Source: a virus
Taxonomy: Duplodnaviria; Caudoviricetes
Reading direction: 5' to 3' (one strand)
Length of the DNA stretch: 59,907 nucleotides
IMG/VR virus record: IMGVR_UViG_3300033141_002124
Coordinates: 1 to 59,907 of that record
Position 1 is the first letter of the stretch; each line of letters starts with the position of its first letter. Shown here piece by piece: positions 56,579 to 59,907 of the stretch. The notes below the pieces were generated by a model. It saw only the letters and a program-made list of their open reading frames with translations, searched no databases and was not told where the DNA came from. Both the position numbers and the translations under genes were made by a program.

Positions 56579-57159
56579 TATACTCTATCACTTCCAGCAC
56601 AATATTCATTCCCGGGGGTGTAAAGATTAGCATTCTTTGCAATTGAACAACCTCTGCTTGCAAAATCAATACATGTACCAGCTTGTTCACCCTGTTCTGG
56701 TTCTCTACCTTTATCATCTCCGTCTGCAATTGTATCACCATGCCCGGGGAGATATTGATTATTTGGAGTGTAACCATCAGCATTTTTTGACATTAATTTA
56801 TTTCTCATTTCAATGTCTTTATTAGTTCCAATTGAACCACCTTGTGCTTCAGGGTCTCTACCTTTACAATCACCATCAGAGATAGTGTCTTCGTGACTCG
56901 GACCGTACTCATCTCCATAAGTATAACCATCGGCATTCCTTGCCATTAATTTATTTCTTGTTTCGATATCGATATTAGTTCCAATTGTACCACCATCTCT
57001 TTCAGGGTCTCTACCTCTATTGTCACCATCAGAAATTGTATCTGGGGTTGTAGGAAGATATTCCTTACCGGGTATGTATCCATCAGCGTTTTTTGCTATT
57101 GAACACTTTCTGAAATCGGCACTACTTGCTAATAATCTGCTGCTTTCTTCGTCTGCCAT
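56578..57159 (-). CDS. Tandem-repeat protein (3+ copies of an approximately 51-aa unit)
   Basis: Unit (K/R)NADGY..G.EY.P...DTISDGD.KGRDPE..GG.IGTN.DIE.RNKLM. Confidence 0.8.
   Translation of the reverse strand: MADEESSRLLASSADFRKCSIAKNADGYIPGKEYLPTTPDTISDGDNRGRDPERDGGTIGTNIDIETRNKLMARNADGYTYGDEYGPSHEDTISDGDCKGRDPEAQGGSIGTNKDIEMRNKLMSKNADGYTPNNQYLPGHGDTIADGDDKGREPEQGEQAGTCIDFASRGCSIAKNANLYTPGNEYCAGSDRV
56600..57100 (-). repeat. Degenerate approximately 153-bp coding tandem repeat
   Basis: e.g. TTCAGGGTCTCTACCT, CATTAATTTATTTCT and ATTAGTTCCAATTG recur at a 153-bp period. Confidence 0.75.
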
Positions 57160-57191
57160 TTTGTTTGTTATTAATTTTTTCTGTTATTTCT

Positions 57192-57200
57192 TATAAATAC
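57192..57200 (-). promoter_or_regulatory. Late-type motif GTATTTATA
   Basis: Upstream of ATG 57159. Confidence 0.6.
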
Positions 57201-57203
57201 AAA

Positions 57204-58001
57204 TTATTCATATTTTTTAAATACGAGTGTTATGTATTCAATTAAATGAGGAACGATATTAAGATATTCCATCTCACTTACATCATACCAACCATAATTA
57301 GTATTTTCATCATCAAGAGTAATGTCCGTTGGGTCATCCTCGTATCTGCAAGCAAATATGTGTTCAATACTATCAGCATGTCTTTCAATACTAAATGATT
57401 TGGTAAATTTCTTAAGTTCTAAACCAGTTTCTTCCTCAATTTCTCTTTCAACTGCTTGTTGTGGTGTTTCGCCTTTATCAATACCACCACCAACAAGACC
57501 CCATTTACTTGGCATCCAAGGTGCTTTCTCACCTCTTTTCAATAAAAGGATTTTATTATCTTTATTTACAATAACCGCAACACTATTTTTTTGTTTTTCT
57601 TTTTTCTCCTTTTTTTCGGCTTCATTCATCACATCATTATGTTGTCTATTCACATTAAATGCTTTCAAATCCGAAGTCATATCATTGGTTATATCACGTC
57701 TAACTTCTCTACTGGTTTTCACAGCATTTCTGTCTTGATTTAACGTGGTTTCAATAAACGCTTTCATTGGTTGACCACCAGCAAGTGTGAATTGTGTGTT
57801 ATCACCAGTTTGTGGATTAAAGTAGTCAAAATAATTCTTCAATCTCTTCATTGCTTGATAGGTGATAACACCGTTCTTAAGCATGAATTTAGCTCGTTTT
57901 ACGCCCTCTCCTTGCGGATTGGATACCAAGGCTGTCTGGATACCTTTTAACACGTCTGAGGGTATCCTATACGATTTATCATATAGTTCTTGGTTAGCCA
58001 T
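57204..58001 (-). CDS. Two-domain protein with C-terminal Nudix hydrolase
   Basis: Nudix box GGIDKGETPQQAVEREIEEETG; ILLLKR. Confidence 0.88.
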   Translation of the reverse strand: MANQELYDKSYRIPSDVLKGIQTALVSNPQGEGVKRAKFMLKNGVITYQAMKRLKNYFDYFNPQTGDNTQFTLAGGQPMKAFIETTLNQDRNAVKTSREVRRDITNDMTSDLKAFNVNRQHNDVMNEAEKKEKKEKQKNSVAVIVNKDNKILLLKRGEKAPWMPSKWGLVGGGIDKGETPQQAVEREIEEETGLELKKFTKSFSIERHADSIEHIFACRYEDDPTDITLDDENTNYGWYDVSEMEYLNIVPHLIEYITLVFKKYE

Positions 58002-58638
58002 TCTTTGTCTCCAATAAATTAATTAACTTATCAATATCCTTCTTCTCCAACTTATTAATTAAGCCAGCAATTTTTTCAAGTTTCTTTTCCCTCACTTCAC
58101 CATCATCAGACTTAATTGCCATTTCATCTTCTTTCCTATCGACCATCTTGTCTTCAACAACTTTACTTTCAGCAATATTCTCTTTGAATTGTTCATCAAG
58201 ATTTTTAAATTGTTCCTCGAAATGTTTTTCAATGACTTTAAGAATTTTTTCTGCCCACTCAACATTATATTTCATGGTTTCGTCACTGATTTCATTATCA
58301 GTTACATGTTTTCTATAATCAGACTTGATTCTTTTAGGATTTCTAAAATAATGACTGATGATGTCAATATATCTTTGATTCATAAGGTCAACCAAATCAT
58401 TTTCCAATTCGGCTTGACCCTGATTCTTTTCTTCGCCTTCCATAAACGGCATAAGTGTGAATCCAAAACGACCCAACATATCGTATCTAAATGGTTGAGT
58501 TCCTACTTTAGCGTTGTAGTCACTGGTATGTTTTGCTTGAGTATCTGCATTGGCATCCACAGCAGGTATACTATCACTCCCAATTAACTCTCCATTTCCA
58601 TCAATTATTTCGAGTAAATCTTTCTTTTTTAATTCCAT
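57994..58638 (-). CDS. Hypothetical putative virion protein
   Basis: 214 aa; LLEI, FMEG, IAES, VVED motifs; late motif upstream. Confidence 0.6.
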   Translation of the reverse strand: MELKKKDLLEIIDGNGELIGSDSIPAVDANADTQAKHTSDYNAKVGTQPFRYDMLGRFGFTLMPFMEGEEKNQGQAELENDLVDLMNQRYIDIISHYFRNPKRIKSDYRKHVTDNEISDETMKYNVEWAEKILKVIEKHFEEQFKNLDEQFKENIAESKVVEDKMVDRKEDEMAIKSDDGEVREKKLEKIAGLINKLEKKDIDKLINLLETKNG

Positions 58639-58653
58639 TATAGCATGTTTTCA

Positions 58654-58663
58654 TATAAATACT
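58654..58663 (-). promoter_or_regulatory. Late-type motif AGTATTTATA
   Basis: 15 nt upstream of ATG 58638. Confidence 0.65.
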
Positions 58664-58671
58664 TGATAATA

Positions 58672-59907
58672 TTAATATGAACCATCACCAACATCTAAAT
58701 ATTCGCTTGCTTGTTCATCAACTTCACTATCCCGTGTTGCCACATATGAATCAAATGCTCCTTTCGCTTCAGGAACATCAGTAAACAACTTATCCATAGT
58801 ATATACTAAATCGAGTTTGAATTGTTGTTTGAATTCAATGAAATACTTGGCGTGTTTCTTCTGTTGTGCCTCAAGAAAAACTTCTCTATCAGTCTTAGTA
58901 CCTAACTCACTACCTTCCAATTTCTCGATTTTCTTCTGGTTTTCTTCCCTCATCTTATCGAGTTCTAATTCAAGGTCGCTCTTTGGTATCTTAACATTCT
59001 CCCTAATAATTTGCATAAACACACCATTATACGACCCAACATGATATTCGCTACCATCTTTAATCAGTACCAAATCACCATCAACATACTCATCATTAAT
59101 TGATTTAATCAGTGCTTTGCCAGTTTCAATCATTTTCTGATTTAAGAAATCCAATGCTCCCTCATATATTTCATAATGAACCTTATAATCATCATACATT
59201 TTAAAACCATTCCAAACTTTTCTTGGGTCATATCCTGTTTTATTCCAAAAATCGACTTCTCTCTTCTCCAAATGCATGCTTTCATCGAAATCATCAAGGT
59301 CAAAACTCTTGAGTTCAAGTTCATCTTTTAATGGACTAAATTCAGCTTTCTGTAATTCACCCTTATGTTCACCTTTCTTTATGATTTTAACAACCATTCT
59401 TTCAGCGACTTCAGGTTCAAATGCCGAAAGTAGTGAGCCAATTTTCCTACTTGTATAACAAACCCTCTTATTAAAGGCATCAAGATATTTTTCGTAATTG
59501 TACGTGCCAGTCATTTCAGGATTTTCTTGCAGGTCTTCAGCACTAATTAAAGTAGAAGCCATTCTCATTTCGCCAGTTTCCTTATCTTTGATTTCCTTTG
59601 AATCACCGTGAGACTTAACATATCCAGTGTTGATATAATAAACAGTACTATCCAATTCGGGTTCTGGTGGCATATAGTTTATAATCAACTTCATTTTATC
59701 ATCAGGACTCAATTTCTCTTCATCACCCTGATAACCAATATCAAGTTTATGTTTCTCAAAAAGTTTAACAGCCTGTTCCTTACGTTTCTTAATTAAAAGT
59801 TCCATATGTGCTTGCATTCCCTTCTCTCTACCATTCTTATCTTTACCCCTGTTCTTATATGATTTAAGGGTTTGTTTTACCTTACTTTTACTGGCAATCT
59901 TTTTCAA
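58672..59907 (-). CDS. Probable family B DNA polymerase, C-terminal part (5'-truncated by window)
   Basis: KIASKSKVK..L..Y, QAHMEL, VYYINTG, YN..KYL..FNKRV resemble a PolB thumb; ORF runs off the edge. Confidence 0.6.
   Translation of the reverse strand: MKKIASKSKVKQTLKSYKNRGKDKNGREKGMQAHMELLIKKRKEQAVKLFEKHKLDIGYQGDEEKLSPDDKMKLIINYMPPEPELDSTVYYINTGYVKSHGDSKEIKDKETGEMRMASTLISAEDLQENPEMTGTYNYEKYLDAFNKRVCYTSRKIGSLLSAFEPEVAERMVVKIIKKGEHKGELQKAEFSPLKDELELKSFDLDDFDESMHLEKREVDFWNKTGYDPRKVWNGFKMYDDYKVHYEIYEGALDFLNQKMIETGKALIKSINDEYVDGDLVLIKDGSEYHVGSYNGVFMQIIRENVKIPKSDLELELDKMREENQKKIEKLEGSELGTKTDREVFLEAQQKKHAKYFIEFKQQFKLDLVYTMDKLFTDVPEAKGAFDSYVATRDSEVDEQASEYLDVGDGSY

Noticed and set aside
56578-57159. 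CRISPR-like or DGR repeat
   Set aside because: Repeats are in-frame, degenerate at synonymous positions and have no unique spacers; no reverse transcriptase in the window
1-59907. Stop-codon reassignment as seen in some Bacteroidota phages
   Set aside because: Standard-code ORFs tile the window densely and enzymes appear full length; the stops I checked are mostly TAA and no fragmentation at TAG or TGA is evident
1-59907. tRNA, rRNA or CRISPR array
   Set aside because: No cloverleaf/T-loop signatures or regularly spaced repeat-spacer units seen; intergenic gaps are short. A tRNAscan-SE run would be needed to be certain

Overview
AT-rich, densely coding 60-kb fragment of a large (jumbo-type) tailed dsDNA phage with a contractile-tail baseplate. 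The host is probably Bacteroidota, inferred from TAnnTTTG promoters and no obvious Shine-Dalgarno sites. Genes are on + from 1 to 5.6 kb and almost all on - afterwards, except Hsp20. Recognisable modules: replication/recombination (family B DNA polymerase C-terminus, primase, RuvC-like resolvase, fused Mre11/SbcD-Rad50/SbcC, dCMP deaminase); baseplate/tail (gp25-like, gp6/J-like, large wedge-fibre proteins) interrupted by an AT-rich glycosyl/nucleotidyl-transferase cassette; lysis candidates (amidase, M23 peptidase, patatin, spanin-like protein); an ECF sigma factor; and Hsp20 with a sigma54-type promoter. A conserved motif (A)GTATTTATA (sense) precedes about 19 genes and looks like a phage late promoter. 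The most striking element is a 1763-aa protein at 49521-54812: three tandem kinase-like domains, a zincin, a CCA-adding-type nucleotidyltransferase and a 2H phosphoesterase, separated by (I/L/V/M)-x-E motifs resembling prohead-protease sites. It lies next to a PD-(D/E)XK nuclease, an RNA-repair-type HAD phosphatase, a ParB/ART-like protein, a WYL protein and a Nudix hydrolase. I infer a late-expressed, capsid-packaged, proteolytically released tRNA-end-repair and counter-defence arsenal. All domain calls come from motif reading by eye; no searches were run.
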